Assembly (NCBI RefSeq): GCF_009914755.1 | Contig: NC_060942.1 | From: the human T2T-CHM13v2.0 reference genome, Homo sapiens | Length of the DNA: 64,000 bases | Strand: one strand, 5' to 3' | Part shown: positions 1 to 15,699 of the stretch, in pieces | Position numbering within the stretch: the first letter of the stretch is position 1 | Layout: every line of letters begins with the position of its first letter | Made by a program: the position numbers and the translations under genes | The notes under the pieces: model-generated | Seen by the model: the letters and a program-made list of their open reading frames with translations, nothing else | Databases searched by the model: none | Told to the model about the DNA's origin: nothing

Positions 1-268
1 GAAATGTTCCCATTTTTTGGTGTCCTCTTTAATTTCTTTCATCAGTGTGTTGTTTTCCTTATAGAAGTCTTTCATGTCCTTGGTTAAATTTATTCCTAGG
101 TATCTTTTTAAATAGCTATTGTAAATGGAATTGCTTATTTATTTATTTAGTGGCTGGTTCATTATTGGTGTATAGAAATGCTACTGATTTTTGTATGTTG
201 ATTTTGTATCCTGCAAAATCAGTTTATTTATCAGTTTATTTATCAGTTCTAAGAGTATTTTGATAAAC

Positions 269-568
269 TTTTTTTTTTTTTTGAGATGGAGTTTCATTCT
301 TGTTGCCCAGGCTGGAGTGCAATGGTGCAGTCTCGGCTCATGCAGCCTCCATCTGCTGGGTTCAAGTGACCCTCCTGCCTCAGCCTCCCAAGTAGCTTGG
401 GATTGCCGGTGCCCACCACCACGCCCAGCTAATTTTTGTACTTTAAGTTGAGATAGAATTTCACTGTGATGTTGACCAGACTGGTCTCGAACTCCTAACC
501 TCAGGTGATCCACCTGCCTTATCCTCCCAAAGTGCTGTGATTACAGGCATGAGCCACTGTGCCCAGCC
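269..568 (-). mobile_element. AluS (Sx/Sq-like)
   Basis: Poly-T 269-282 followed by a full antisense dimer ending ...GCCCAGCC. Degenerate TSD TATTTTG(A/G)TAAA on both sides. Confidence 0.95.
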
Positions 569-1620
569 ATATTTTGGTAAAGTTTTTAGGTTTTTCTATA
601 TATTTCTTTCATATTGTCTGCAATGAGGGACAATTTGAATTCTTCCTTTCCAATTTAGAGGCCCTTTATTTCTTTCTCTTGACTAATTACTCTGACTATG
701 ACCTCCAGAACTATGTTGAATAAGAGTGGTGAAAGTGGGCATTCTTATCTTGTTCCAGTTCTTAAAGGAAAGTTTATAGGCTTCCCCATCCTGTGTGATG
801 TTAGCTGTGGAATTATCTTATATGATTTTTCTTGTGTCATGGTGTCTTCTTTCTATACCTAAGAAAGGAGAGAGTTTGTTGAGAGTTTTTTATCGTAAAA
901 GGATGTTGAATATTATAATTTTCATGCATGTATTGAGATGATATAATTTTTGTCCTTCATGCTGTTCATTTGATGTATCACATTTAGTGATTTGCTATGT
1001 TGAGCCATCCTTTCATTCCCAGAATAAATCCCACTTGATTATGGTGTATTATTTTTTGATGTATTATTGGATTCAGTTTGCTAGTATTTTGTTGAGAATA
1101 TTTGCATCTAAGTTCATCAGGGATATAGGCTTATATTTTTCTTTTTAAATTACGTCCTTGTCTGGTTTTGATATCAGGGTAATGGTGGTCTTATAGAATG
1201 AGTTAGGAAAAATTCCCTACCGTTCAATGTTTTGGGATAGTTGGAGAAAACTTGGTTTAGTTCTTCTTTATAAGTTTGGTAGAATTCCGTGGTACAGCCA
1301 TCTGGTCATGGGCTTTTTTTTGTTGTTGGGAGACTTTTCATTACTGATTCAATCTCCTTACTCATTACTCATCTGTTCAGATTTTCTGTTTCTTCCTGAT
1401 TCAATCTTGGTAGGAAGACTGAATCAGGAAAATTTTGGAATTTATCCATTTCCTCTAGATTTTCTATTGGTTGGCGCATAGTTGGTCAGAATAGTCACCA
1501 ATGATCCTTTATATTTCCGTGGTATCAGTTGTAATCTCTTTTTTTGTTTCTTTCTGATTTTATTTGAATCTTTTTTCTTAATCTAGCTAGTAGTTTGCCA
1601 TTTTTGTTTACATTATTTAA

Positions 1621-1960
<340 letters not shown>

Positions 1961-3175
1961 TTAGTCTCTATTTTGTTTAATTGTTCTGATTTTTATTATT
2001 TCTTTCTACTAATTTTGGGTTTTATTTGTTCTTGCTTTTCTCCTTGAGGTGTATTGTTAGGTTTTTTTATTTGCCATCTTTCTACGTTTTTGATGTAGGT
2101 ATTTATTACTATAAACTTCTCTGTTAGTACTGCTTTTGCTGTATCCTATAGGTTTTGATATGTTGTGCTTTGATTTTCGTTTGTTTCAGGAAATTGTTGA
2201 TTTTCTTTCTAATTTTTTTTGACTCAATTCAGGAGCCTGCTGTTTAATTTCCATGTATCTTGTACCATTTCCAGAGTTCCTCTCATTATTGTTTTCTAAT
2301 TTTATTCCACTGTGGTCTGAGAAGATACTTAATATGATTTTGATTTTTAATTATTTGTTCGGATTTGTTTTGTGGCCTAACATATGGTTTGTCCTGGAGA
2401 ATGTTCCATGTACTGATGAGAAGAATGTGTGTGCTACAGCTGTTGGATGGAATGGTCTGTAAATGTCTGTTAGGTCCATTTGGTTTATAGTGTAGCTTAA
2501 GTCAGATGTTTCTTTGTTGATTTTCTGTGTAGATGATCTGTCCAATGCTTAAAGCGGGGTGTTGAAGTTTCCACCTATCATTGTATTGTGGTTTATCTCT
2601 TTTTAGCTCTGATAAATTTACATTATATATATGTGTGCTCTGGTGTTGTGTGCATATATATTTATAATTGTTAAATTTTTTTGCTGAGTTGACCCTTATA
2701 ATGACCTTGTCTTTTTATGTTTTTTGACTTAAAGTCCATTTTGTCTGATATAAATATAGTTACTCCTGCATGCTTTTGGTTTCTGTCTGTATGGAATATT
2801 TTTTTCCATTCTTTCAGCCTTTACATGTGAAGTGAGTTTCTTGTAGGCAGCATATAACTGGGTATTGTTTGTTTATCATTTCAACCAGTGTATATTCTTT
2901 AATTGGGGAATGTAAACTATTTACATTCAAGGTTTACTGATAGGTGGGGACTTATTCTTGTCATTTTGTTAACTGGTTGCTGATTGTTTTCTATATTTTT
3001 TGTTCCTTTCTTCCTTTCTTTCATTTATCTTTGGTGGTTTTCTGTAGTGATAATACTTGATTCTTTTTTCTTTCTCATTTGTGTATCTGCTTTGTCAGTG
3101 AGCTTTATACTTTTTTGAGTTTTCATGATGGTAGATATCATCCATTTGCTTCCAGATATAGTAGGATTCCCTTAA

Positions 3176-3503
<328 letters not shown>

Positions 3504-3791
3504 AAGCATTTCTTATAGGGCTGGTCTGGAAGTGATGAATTCCCTCAGTTTTTGTATGTCTGGGAAATATTTTATTTATCCTTCATTTCTGAAGAATAGC
3601 TTTGCTGAGTATAGTGTTCTTGTTAGGCAGGCTTTTTTTTTTTTTTTTTTCTTATAAGGCCATGTGCACTGATCCTTGGGCCCCTGGTGGGGGGCAGCAT
3701 GGGTGCTGGCAGCAGTGGCAGTGGGCTGAACAGGCTGGTTTTTGGACCCCCAGGTGGTGGCACACATGGACACTGGTGGTGGTGGCAATAA

Positions 3792-4102
<311 letters not shown>

Positions 4103-4172
4103 ATAACTTTTATTTAACAAAATGAAATAACTATTTAACTATGTCTCCTACCCTTTATATAGTAAATAAGTA

Positions 4173-6922
4173 CAGTTGACCCTTGAACAACAAGAGGGTT
4201 AGGGGTTATCCCCCACATAGTCCAAAATCCACACAATTTTTAACTCCCCAAAAACTTAATTATTAATAGCATACTGTTCATTGGAAGCCTTTCTGATAAC
4301 ATAAACAGTTGATTAACATGTATTTTGTATTTTACATGTATTATATACTGTATTCTTATAATAAAGTAAGCTAGAGAAAGAAAATGCTGTTAAGAAAATC
4401 ATAAGGAAGAGAAAATATATTTGCTATTCACTAAGTGGAAGTAGATGATCATAAAGGTCTTAATTCTCATGATCTTTGCCCTGAGTAGGCTGAGGAGGAG
4501 GAGGAAGAGGAAGAGGAAGGGTTGGTCTTACTGTCTCACAAATGGCAGAGATGGAGGAGGTAGAAGGGGAGGCAGGCACATTCAGTGTAACTTTAGGGAA
4601 ATACATCATAATTTCTGCCTGACTTCTTTGCATTTTCATTTCTCTAAAAATGTTTCTTTGAAGTACCAATCCTTCTTCCACTGTTTGCTCTAGTTTCAGT
4701 GCCTGTATCATAGAAGGGTCTATGTCATAAAAGAAGTCAAAAGCAGTCTTGAATAGTTAGGCCTTTGTGCCAGATTGTCTAATGTTAATTTGTTTTCTAG
4801 TACTGTTTCTTCCACATCTTCTTCCTCATCATCTAACATTGGTTTAGAAGCACTCCTCTCTATCAAGTTGTCTTCTCCTAATTTCTCCGATGTGGCATCT
4901 GTTAACTCTTCAATTTCTCTAAGATTTATATCCTGAAACTGTTCATTTCCCCATCTTTTTTTTCTCTATATCCACAATCTCTTTCATGATTTCTTTGATT
5001 GGCACTGTTATAAATCCTGTGAAGTCAGGGGCACAGTTTTCTCCAGCAGGAATTTATTGTTCTGGACAATGCCCCAGCCACCCAGAACCCCATGAGATTC
5101 ATGGCTTTTTCTATAACCTCATGGGTTTCATGGCATTTTCAGTGGTGTAATCCTCCCAGACTTTCATGATGTTCTCTCTATTGGGATTCTCTTCCATAGC
5201 ATTGACGATCCGTTCCATAGAGTGCCATAGGTAATGAGCTGCCTTAATGGTCTTTATGACCCCCTGATTTAGAGGCTGACTTAGAGACATTGTGTTTGGG
5301 AGCTAGTAGACAACTTCAATGCCCTTGGTATTGAACTCATGCAGTTCTAGGTGGCCAGGGGCATTGTCCAACATCAAAAGAATTTTAGAAGGCAGTCCCT
5401 TACTAGCAAAGTACTTCCAGACTTCAGGAACAAAACATTGATGGAACCAATATAAAAAAAAAAGGGTCACGATTGTCCAGACCTTCTTGTTGTACAACCG
5501 AAGACTGGCAACTGGTGTTTATCTTTTCTTTTCAAGGCTCAGGCGTTAGCAGCTTTAACAGGGCAGTCCTAATCAGAAACTCAACTGCATTTGCGTAAAA
5601 CAGTAGAGTTAGCCTATCTCTCCTGCTTTAAATCCTGGTACTCAATTCTCTTCCTTATTAATAAATGTCCTTTGTGGCATTTTTTTTCCCAGAATAGGGC
5701 ACTTTCAACTGTGTTAAAAACCTGTTCAGGCAGATATCCTTTCTCCTCAGTGATTTTCTTAATGGCATTTGGGAACTTGTCTTTTGCCTCCTGGTTGACA
5801 AATGCTGCTTCTTCTGTTATCTTGACATTTTTTAAGCAAAACCTCTTTCTAAAATAAACAGACTATTCTTTTCTGGCATGAAATTCTCCATTCTCCAGCT
5901 TTAGATTTTTCACTTTCTTTTTGCTTTGTCATATAATGACTTTGCTCTTTCTTGAATCATATTTGAGTCTATAGGGATGCCTGTCTTATAGCAATCCTGT
6001 ACTCACATAAAAGCTACATTTTCAATACAAGATAATGAGATATTATGCAAAAAGTGCAAGGTTTTCACACTTGCTGGTGTAGCTGTAGTGATGGCTTCAC
6101 AAATTTCCTTTCCTTTTTTTTTTCTTTTCTTTCTTTCTTTCTTTTTTTTTTTTTTTTTTTTTTACAATGGTTCTTACCTGAATTCATTTATCTTGAAATG
6201 GTCGACACCTGCAGCAGCAGACCTCAATGTGTGGTACAGATCAAGCAATTCAACTTTTTCTTGTAATGTCATGACTTTGTTTCTTGGAACACTTCCAGCA
6301 TCACTAGTGGCACTTTAGCATGGGTCCCATGGTATTATCCAAGGTTTACAGTATTGTACTAATCATAATGAAAAACATGTAAGAACTGTGAAAGAGCACT
6401 TTTTACTGTAATACACAACTTACTGGAGAGACAAACTGCTCACGTGGAGGTTTAGTGTCACACAGCATTTTAAGTAGATACTTGCAACACTTGAGCTCAC
6501 TGAGATTGCAACAGGTGACCACAAAATTATTACAGTGGTACAGTATGTACTATGGTTTTATGCAGTTATGATTTAATATTAGATCTTAATGTTTGTTTAC
6601 ATTTCTCTTAACTGAGAATGGCACCCTGTACAGTCTATAAGTGTTTGTAAGTTTTGATAAATTTTAACTTTTTATAACAGATTCGTGTATATTATATAGG
6701 TGTAAATAATAAAATAGACTAGTATCTACATATATTATATGAATTCATGACACATCTGGCTTTTTCTTAATTTTTAAAAATATTTTTAGGCTACACATTT
6801 TACCTGTGAGTTTTTTCAAATTATCACAAATCTCCAAAATTTTTTTCAGTATATTCACTGGAAAAAATACACATATAGGTAGACCCACACAATTCAAACC
6901 CGTGTTGTTCAAGGGTCAACTG
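4173..6922 (-). mobile_element. Full-length Tigger2 DNA transposon (Tc1/mariner-pogo family)
   Basis: Perfect 20-bp TIRs CAGTTGACCCTTGAACAACA (4173-4192) and TGTTGTTCAAGGGTCAACTG (6903-6922), TA on both flanks (4171-72, 6923-24), length 2.75 kb, internal pogo transposase remnants. Confidence 0.95.
4760..6330 (-). pseudogene. Decayed Tigger2 (pogo-like DDE/D) transposase
   Basis: Minus-strand ATG at 6330, N-terminal remnant ...KVMTLQEKVELLDLYH..., and catalytic-domain fragment WFHQCFVPEVWKYFASKGLPSKILLMLDNAPGH (5303-5497). Contains frameshifts, stops and an expanded A-rich run (6104-6163). Confidence 0.85.
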
Positions 6923-7341
6923 TATTTTCATTACACCTCTTAATTTTCATTTTGTTAGTTTCAGTTCTGTTTATATATTCTTGGTATCCCAATTATAAAA
7001 TTTAATGTGTCTATCCATCCTGATCAGCAGGAGTCTAAATTTTCAGGGTGAAGGGGAGATTCTGTGACCTGACACTATATACACATCCCACATTCCAGGT
7101 GGTACAGACCTGGTAACACTCTTCCTGGGGCAGTTGTTCTCTGAGCTAAGGGATCAGTAGCACAGGGCCATCCAGGCCACACCCATCCAGGTTTACAAGG
7201 GCATTTCTCTAGAGACTTGTCAGGTACTCTACCCTATCATAGGAACAGGTGAGCCTAGCTGCTCAGGCTTAATTATCGTTGAGCCCATGAAAGATTCTTA
7301 CAACTATAGCTTTGTCTCCTTAATGTGCATAACTCACTTTA

Positions 7342-8165
<824 letters not shown>

Positions 8166-9619
8166 CACAAGTCACTTTTAACCTACTCTAAAACTTTGCC
8201 AAGAAACAGCACAAAGGTTTCCTGGTTTGTGCTTTCCAGGATACATTCTTTCCCTGTGCCTGAAAAAGTGGGATGTTTGAGTTCAGTTTTCCAATTCCTG
8301 CCTCACTCACTATGTTCCCCGAATGCTTCCTCACTCACCATGATCCCTGAAAGACTTGATCCATCATTTTCCAATTATGTCTGCAAAACCTTTCAGAATT
8401 CAGGGATGCAGTCAATCTCAGGAAGGATATATCCTCATGTTTCATTTATTTATCTATTCAATGCATATTTAATATCATTTTTATTACAAGGTCTTATCTA
8501 GGTTCTGAAGGCAGATAAATTTATAAGCCATAACCTTTCTCCTGGTAGCCCAGCCATGTTAAAAAACAAAACAAAACAAAAAACACTGTAGTTCAGTGTA
8601 CTGGTGTTTACTAGGGCAGTAAAGGGAAAGGTTGTCTAATGAACTCTGCCTGGGGTGGAGTCTGGGGGTCAAGAAACGGCTCAGAGTTGGTGGTGGTACA
8701 TAGGGTGGTTTGTCTATAACCCTTTTCTAGCTTCCTTTGACCTTCAAGGACTTTCAAATTTTGTTTTTGGCTAGCTTTGCCTAAAACCCCAGTGCTAACT
8801 ATATGTACACTGTGTAGACATCTGAGACCCAAAATGGGACAAGCTTTAGACTAAAGGGACATCGGATAACAGTCACACCATCATCCTTTGCATCAGGTTG
8901 GCCCCAGGAATGCCTCCCCATAAGAGGAGAAAGTTAACAAGGCAGGGAACTTCGACCCAGCCCCCAGGGCAATTCAGGTTCTCGGGTGGTGAGCATTACA
9001 TACGGCCCACAGGCTATAAACCACCTTAACAGGCATAATGACTTTCATGCCTCCACCTGAAGGGGCTCATTGCAATAAGGTAACAGCTCTTGCAGATGCC
9101 TCTAACTTTAACTATGGGAACACTTGCTTTATAGCACCACCTGAATGATCTATAGCCTGTTCTCGTCAATGGCAATTTCAGGAGTGATTTGGCTTATGTC
9201 TTTTGTGCATGTGTGTCTACTCAGCGCCCTGAAAACTTGTGGCATTGAGAACATGTGAAGAAGTGTGTGTCACAGCTGCAGAGCTGGAGATAGAGATGGG
9301 TCCTGAGCTAGCTGTCATTAAGAGATAACTCTCAGGAGTTCACACTAGTCAGAAGGACAGGACTAATCTCTATTCTGCATTTATTCACCAATTCATTCAT
9401 TCATTCACAAACACTTCCTGAGTCCTCCATTTACAAGCACAATACTGCATCAGTACCATGGCTTCATGTCAGTCAGGTTTCCTTCTGAGATCTGTTGTCA
9501 AAGGAATACACTCAGGCAAGCTGTGTCTTTACTAGGCTGTGGGGCAAATTCTTTCACAGAATGATGAGTGGAGCTAATGAGACCCTGAATATATGGTGAG
9601 TTAAATGTTTGGGGACATT

Positions 9620-10260
9620 TCCTAAGCCAAAAGCCTATGCATCATTCTTCATTCTTCTGTCTCCCTTCCCTGGAGATGCCCTGGACAATTCTACATCCTA
9701 ATATCTTTCTTGAAGCATTATTGTGTCCCCATCCTCACTCCTCTGCCTACAGTTCATTACCTCTTACCTGAATTACCACCTCTCACCTGCTCTCCCAGCA
9801 GCCATCCTTGTCTCCCTGCATCCGTTCCCCACACCACACACTGACGAGATTTCTAAAGTGAAAATCTGGTCACCCTTCCCTCCTGCTCTGTGGTTTCTTG
9901 TTGACCTTAGAATAAAGCCCCAAAGCTTTCACATTGCAATCTTACTCCTGCTTGTTTCTCTAGCCTCATCTCTCAGGTGTCTGCTCCCTCTTTAAGTGTA
10001 TGCCCGTGCACACACACACCCTCCTCCACACCCCAACCTGACCACTTGACTGTCTCTGCTTAGCTTTTATTTCCTTGGCAGAGCCTTTGCTGACCTCCCC
10101 CATAGCCCTTACACTCTTGTATTGTAATGTAATTACTTGTCTTCCTTCCAGGACTGTGGGATCTGCCAGGGCACAGACTCTAGTTGTCCATTTCTTTATC
10201 CTCCCCATGTCCTGTCATGGTGCCTGGCCCATAGAAGTAACTCAGTAAGTTTGATGAAAA
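9620..10260 (+). mobile_element. L2 3' fragment
   Basis: C/T-rich L2 body ending GTGCCTGGCCCATAGAAGTAACTCAGTAAGTTTGATGAA, the L2 3' terminus. Confidence 0.75.
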
Positions 10261-12094
10261 AAAGGAATGGAGACAAGAATGGAACTTCTGAGCATGAGTG
10301 AGGTTCTGTGTGCTGGTAGCAGGGAAGGATGGAGCTAGCATCTTTGTGCTCTGCAGGTCTTGGAGAAATGCCCAGCCAGGTCCCAGAGTAGTTCAGCATG
10401 GAGCCAGCTTCTGGACCAAGATCAGTAACAATTAAAACAACTAAGAAATTTTTGTATTTCTACTCTACCGTGTTTCAAAAAGGATTTATTCAAAAAAATA
10501 CATAAAATTTTTAAAAATGATCAATAAGGGAGAAAATTTGGCTTCTGGATAAGATTATTACTCTAAATGAGGTTAATACCCCAAAAGAGGTGTGTACACT
10601 TGGGCAATGAATTGGCTCTGAGGTACCTGGCAGGCCATGCAGAGAAGGAAATGTGATGGGTTATAGGCTTTATGATGTCCATCAAATGAAAATAAGTCAA
10701 CTGGGGAGGAGAAGACAAGGTTTCTTGGTACTGAGGCCAGAAAGAGACTTCTCCTGTGGATTCTTTTAAAGAAGAAGTCAGGTAACACGATGGATGATAA
10801 TCTCAGCCATATCTTTTCAATAAAACAATGGGGACAAATCTTGGAATGGCTCTAAATGATAGCTGATAGCCAATACCACAGTTCATTCTAGTAAGAGTGC
10901 TTCCACAATGACATTAAAATGTGATATCTATGCACCCAGGTCTCTGATGATTCAGATCAGTTCAGTAAACATTTTATAATATTTGGAACAAGGTCCTTAA
11001 ATTGATCCTTATATGAAGCCTATGAACTCTTGATACAGCATGCAAATTTTTGAGCACATGTTTATGTACATTCTTCTGGGGTGACAGTCCATAATTTCTC
11101 CCTCAAAGTTCCAAACCACTAAATTAGTGAAATAGCTGGGCTAGATCTGCTTAGACTATTTCTTACCTATCAATCTTCTGCTCCATGTTGCTTGGTCAGG
11201 AGTTTGGGGCTATGCTATTTAATGAAATCCATATACATGGAATCAGATACTTGATGCTGCAGGTTAAGATGGTCAATTGCATTGGGCTAGAGTTTATGAC
11301 TCCCAGTGAAAGTTTAGCTGCTCAATGAACATGCATGTTTGAACCCAAGGCCAGAGCTGTTGCACTAAGTGTTTATAGAAGAAATAAACAGAAAGGACAA
11401 CACTTCATAAAAGTGACAAGGGCCAGAACAACCAAGCAGCCATCCAAGCCATTGACTGTGGAGTACTGCAGACTCAGTCAACACCTGAAGACACAGAGCT
11501 GGAGCCAACAGAGAAGGGAAGGAATATGGAAGCTCTGAAAGGAAGCATTCCCCTGATCTGGGTTGCCTTTAATCAGGTTGATTAATAGGAGTCAGTAAAT
11601 AAACTCTAATCAAAAGATGCCCTAAACCCTGGAGAACTCTCATGCTGTCTCTCTTTTTTGGATTAATTTTTTTTCCTAGTAGAGATGAAAAAGGAGCCAT
11701 TATCTAAATGAGGCTGGGTAAGATGATTAGATGTTATTTACAGACAGGGCATGAAATCATCCACTGGACCCTGTGTGTGCTTAGCAAGACATTATTTTGT
11801 TATAAGTGTCATTGTTTTTATAGTTGCAAAGGGATGCCTCCGGTGTGGTGAGGAGGGATTCCCCTTATTTCAGTAATCGCTGATTATAGGAACTAGAAAA
11901 GTCAGTCATTTCCAATACAGCAATACTCAGGGGGCCTGTATCTAATGCAAACCACAGGTTTTTCAATCAATTGATCAGCAGATATGTATTGATCGATTGC
12001 CTACTATGTGCATGGTACAGAGAAGATTCATGAGAAGTAGATGTGGAGTACAGCCCAGCCTCCAGGAAGCTTTCTTGCAATGCAGTGTGACAGG

Positions 12095-12560
<466 letters not shown>

Positions 12561-12697
12561 AGGTGGGAGACTACAGATTGCCATGATGAAAAGCTGGGAG
12601 GTGTGGGCTGTCGGTAAAGCTCTTCTGACACTCACCACCTGTGTAAACTTGGCCAAATTGCTTCATCTTGAACCTCAACTTTCTTTGACATAAACCA

Positions 12698-12820
12698 GAG
12701 GTCTCTTTGGGCAGCTGGTGCCCTGCACAACTCCCCGACGGGCACACCAATATGGGCTACAGGTGAATGGCATCCTCTAGAGTTGTGTGGTACACAACCT
12801 CACCAAATGTATGCAGAGTT
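12698..12820. mobile_element. MER91-like palindromic hAT-Tip100 MITE
   Basis: GCCCTGCACAACTCC ... GTGAATGGCATCCTCTAGAGTTGTGTGGTACACAAC has the imperfect dyad structure typical of MER91. Confidence 0.6.
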
Positions 12821-12840
12821 CTTGAAAGGGCTGGATTAGA

Positions 12841-12965
12841 CAGTGGTTGCCAACCCTGGCTGCACAATACCATCATCTGCTAAGATTTAAAAATGTCAAT
12901 ACCTGCCCCTGCCCCCTGTGATTCTGACATAATTGTCCTAGGATGAGACCTGGGCCTTGGTACTG
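12841..12965. mobile_element. MER5-like fragment
   Basis: CAGTGGTTGCCAACCCTGGCTGCACA...GATTCTGACATAATTG...CCTGGGC. Confidence 0.65.
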
Positions 12966-13372
12966 TTTTCGTTTTTCCTTTTTTTCCTGGATAGATAGAT
13001 GGAAAGAAGGGTTGTTTCTTTGCTCCCCAGAGATTATGAGATGCTGCTTAAGGTCCGTCCCAGCTTGAGGTTCTGTGACTCTTAGACTGTGCCCACAGAA
13101 CTCTAAGATTGTTTAACTCTGGGAGACCAGAGAAGGGAAAGATCGGTACAGAACAAGGAGAGCCTGTGGTTTTGCTGGAAAAAGTCAGTTTAAACAAAGA
13201 GACTGGGATGGAGAAGCTATCCTAGGTGGACTGTGTGAATGTTAGTGAGGCTTCTGTTGATGGAACACATTTCTATTTGGGTTGGTACTGGGAATTGTTC
13301 TGTGAAGTGTTAATTGGTAGAGAAAAATAGCAATATCCAAGAATGATAATCACACATAATAATGAGGGCTTG

Positions 13373-13741
13373 TGTATTGGCCTGTTCCCATGCTGCTAAT
13401 AAAGACATACCTGAGACTGGGTAATTTATAAAGGAAAGAGGTTTTATTGACTCAAAGTTCAGCATGGCTGGGGAGGCCTCAGGAAACTTAGAATTATGGT
13501 GGAAGAGGAAGCAAACACGTCCTTCTTCACACAATGGCTGGAAAGAGAAGTGCCTAGCAAAAGGGGGAAAAGCCCCTTATAAAATCATCAGATCCTGTGA
13601 GAACTCATTATCATGAGAACAGCATGGAGGTAACCCCCCACATGATTCAATTACCTCCCACTGGGTCCCTCCTATGACACGGGATTATGGGAACTACAAT
13701 TCAAGATGAGATTTGGATGGGGACACAGCCAAACCATATCA
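13373..13741 (-). mobile_element. THE1 solo LTR (ERVL-MaLR)
   Basis: TGTATT...CATGCTGCTAATAAAGACATACCTGAGACTGGGTAATTTATAAAG...GGGGACACAGCCAAACCATATCA, ~370 bp, with 5-bp TSD GCTTG/GCTTA. Confidence 0.93.
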
Positions 13742-15699
13742 GCTTAGAAGGGAAAACAGGGGGTGGCCAGGGAATGAGGCATATGACAGAGCCCTGATTT
13801 AGACTTGGGGGGCTTGAGGATCTAGACTGGGGGCTTGAGGAAAAGGCAACAAAGCTGAGAAGAGCAGTGAGGAGGAGCACCTCCTTCTGTCCTAGATCCT
13901 GCTTAAGGCTTTGCGGAGTCCTCTTCATCCAGCTCAGGAGAGTCCTGAGAACATGGGGTGAGTGTCAGGAAGGTGAGGGCAGGCCAAAGCCTTCTGAGAG
14001 GTCCTCGGCTTTTCCCCAGAGGTGCCTGCTCTGTGTCCTGCCTGTGTATGGGCTGCCTCCAGGACCCCATGAACACATCTGGTTAGAACTGGCTGACTGA
14101 GTTTGGTCCCCGCTGGCCTTGAAAAACATGATCCTGTGAATGTGGGCATTGATTTGAGCCCAAGCACCCAGGAGGCAGCTCCTTTAAGTATTAAATGCAC
14201 TTTCTACTTTGTCAATCCAGCTTTTCAGTCAAAGCTGTCTTTTCCTATCCTCATCGTCCTCCTGTCTTGTGAGCCTTGGCCTGGAGACTGGCTAGGAGTC
14301 CTAGAGGGGCCACCTGGGAGGGGGGGACGATGCATCCCCCTACGCCCTGGATCAGGCTTCACTCTACCTAAATCCCACTCTCCACAGGCATTTTAACTAA
14401 AACGGATCCTGCCTGCTGTGAGCAAAAGTAGCCTCCCAAATCTATCCAAGAAGTGTGATTGATAGTGCTGCTGAGGCTTGAGACAAAGAAGCCCTCTCTG
14501 GTTTTCATATTAATGCTGGGTTATCTCCTACGGTATTGATTTTTTGTTTGGCTTTTGAAATTTCTCTTCTCTGTTTCTGAGCCATTCCTATAAAAATGAA
14601 AGAGGAGGTGAGGGATGATGTCGTCCAGGTTGACAAGCTTTGCTGACTTGCAGTATTAGCTGCTGTTTTCCATTAGGTCTCTCCAAGCCTGTCAACTGCC
14701 TCTTCTGGGCAGAAATATATTTAAAATGTGGTATGAAAAGGTCCCCATGTGTCAACAGTAAGAGCCTGCCACCAAGTTTAGTCACTGGATTAATCTTCCA
14801 ATCCTTAGCATTTGGGTCCTCTTCAAGGAAGCAGCAAAGATTTTGATGGACTCCAGCCTGCTGCTCTCAGTCCTCCTCTCCCTCTCCAAAGACAGCTCAA
14901 CTTCTGCAAAACTATCAAGGGATGAGGCTGGCCTCAGCGGCTCTCAGCCTCCCTTCATCTCCTCTGTTTCCCGTCAGATATGTCCCACTCCTACTTCTCT
15001 CCTCCTCACCCATTCCTGCGCTGAGAGCCACCGTCAACACTTGGGTGTGAATGTCTTCTTAGGCTGTAGAGGGGGATCCTCGCCTATGGGATTTTGCCTT
15101 TACTAGGACGTCAGGATTAAGGATGTTAAGCTCTAAACAGTGGAGTTTCATACATCCCTCAGTGGAGAAAGGATGTTTTGGAGGAAAAGCAGAAATGCAG
15201 CATTCTCTGAAATCTGAATGTTACCCTCCACCTCTGCTTTCCTGGTAGCACCTTCATCAGATTGGAGGGCATATAGGGCCAATGCGGGTGGCATGGCTGC
15301 ATCTCACATCCTTGGGCCCTTCATTCAGTTAGTCAACAAGTGTTTGAATTGAAGTAAGAACCCATTTGTTTACAATGTTACGCTGGACCTACAACCCTTC
15401 TTTGTTAGAGTCTTTATCTCTTTAGCTATTCATTCTGGATTCCAAAAAGAATTATGCAGGCCTAGTCCCAGACACTGTGCTAGTGCCGGGGGTGCAGGGA
15501 TGGGCAAGAGAGTCAGGCTCTGTCCTTGTGGAGCTGTGAAAGTTGGAAACCTGGGAGTCTCCTTTGCCTCTGCTACCTTTCCACTAGCACATCCAGTTAT
15601 CTTCTGTCTCCCTGCCACTGGCCTTGACCACTCTCCTCTAAAGCTTCTAGAACAGTGCTTATCACGTACGGTAGACGAACAGTACATGTTGGTCTATCA

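Noticed and set aside
218-248. 12-bp tandem repeat ATCAGTTTATTT (similar short duplications at ~41158-41182 and ~59404-59438)
   Set aside because: Ordinary slippage-scale duplications with no further structure.
5303-5497. Domesticated TIGD-like gene
   Set aside because: It is only a 64-aa fragment within a frameshifted, stop-riddled Tigger2 that still has its TIRs.
10430-11120. Possible ancient LINE (L4/CR1-like) and hAT-Charlie remnants
   Set aside because: The resemblance is too weak to name a family or set boundaries without an HMM search.
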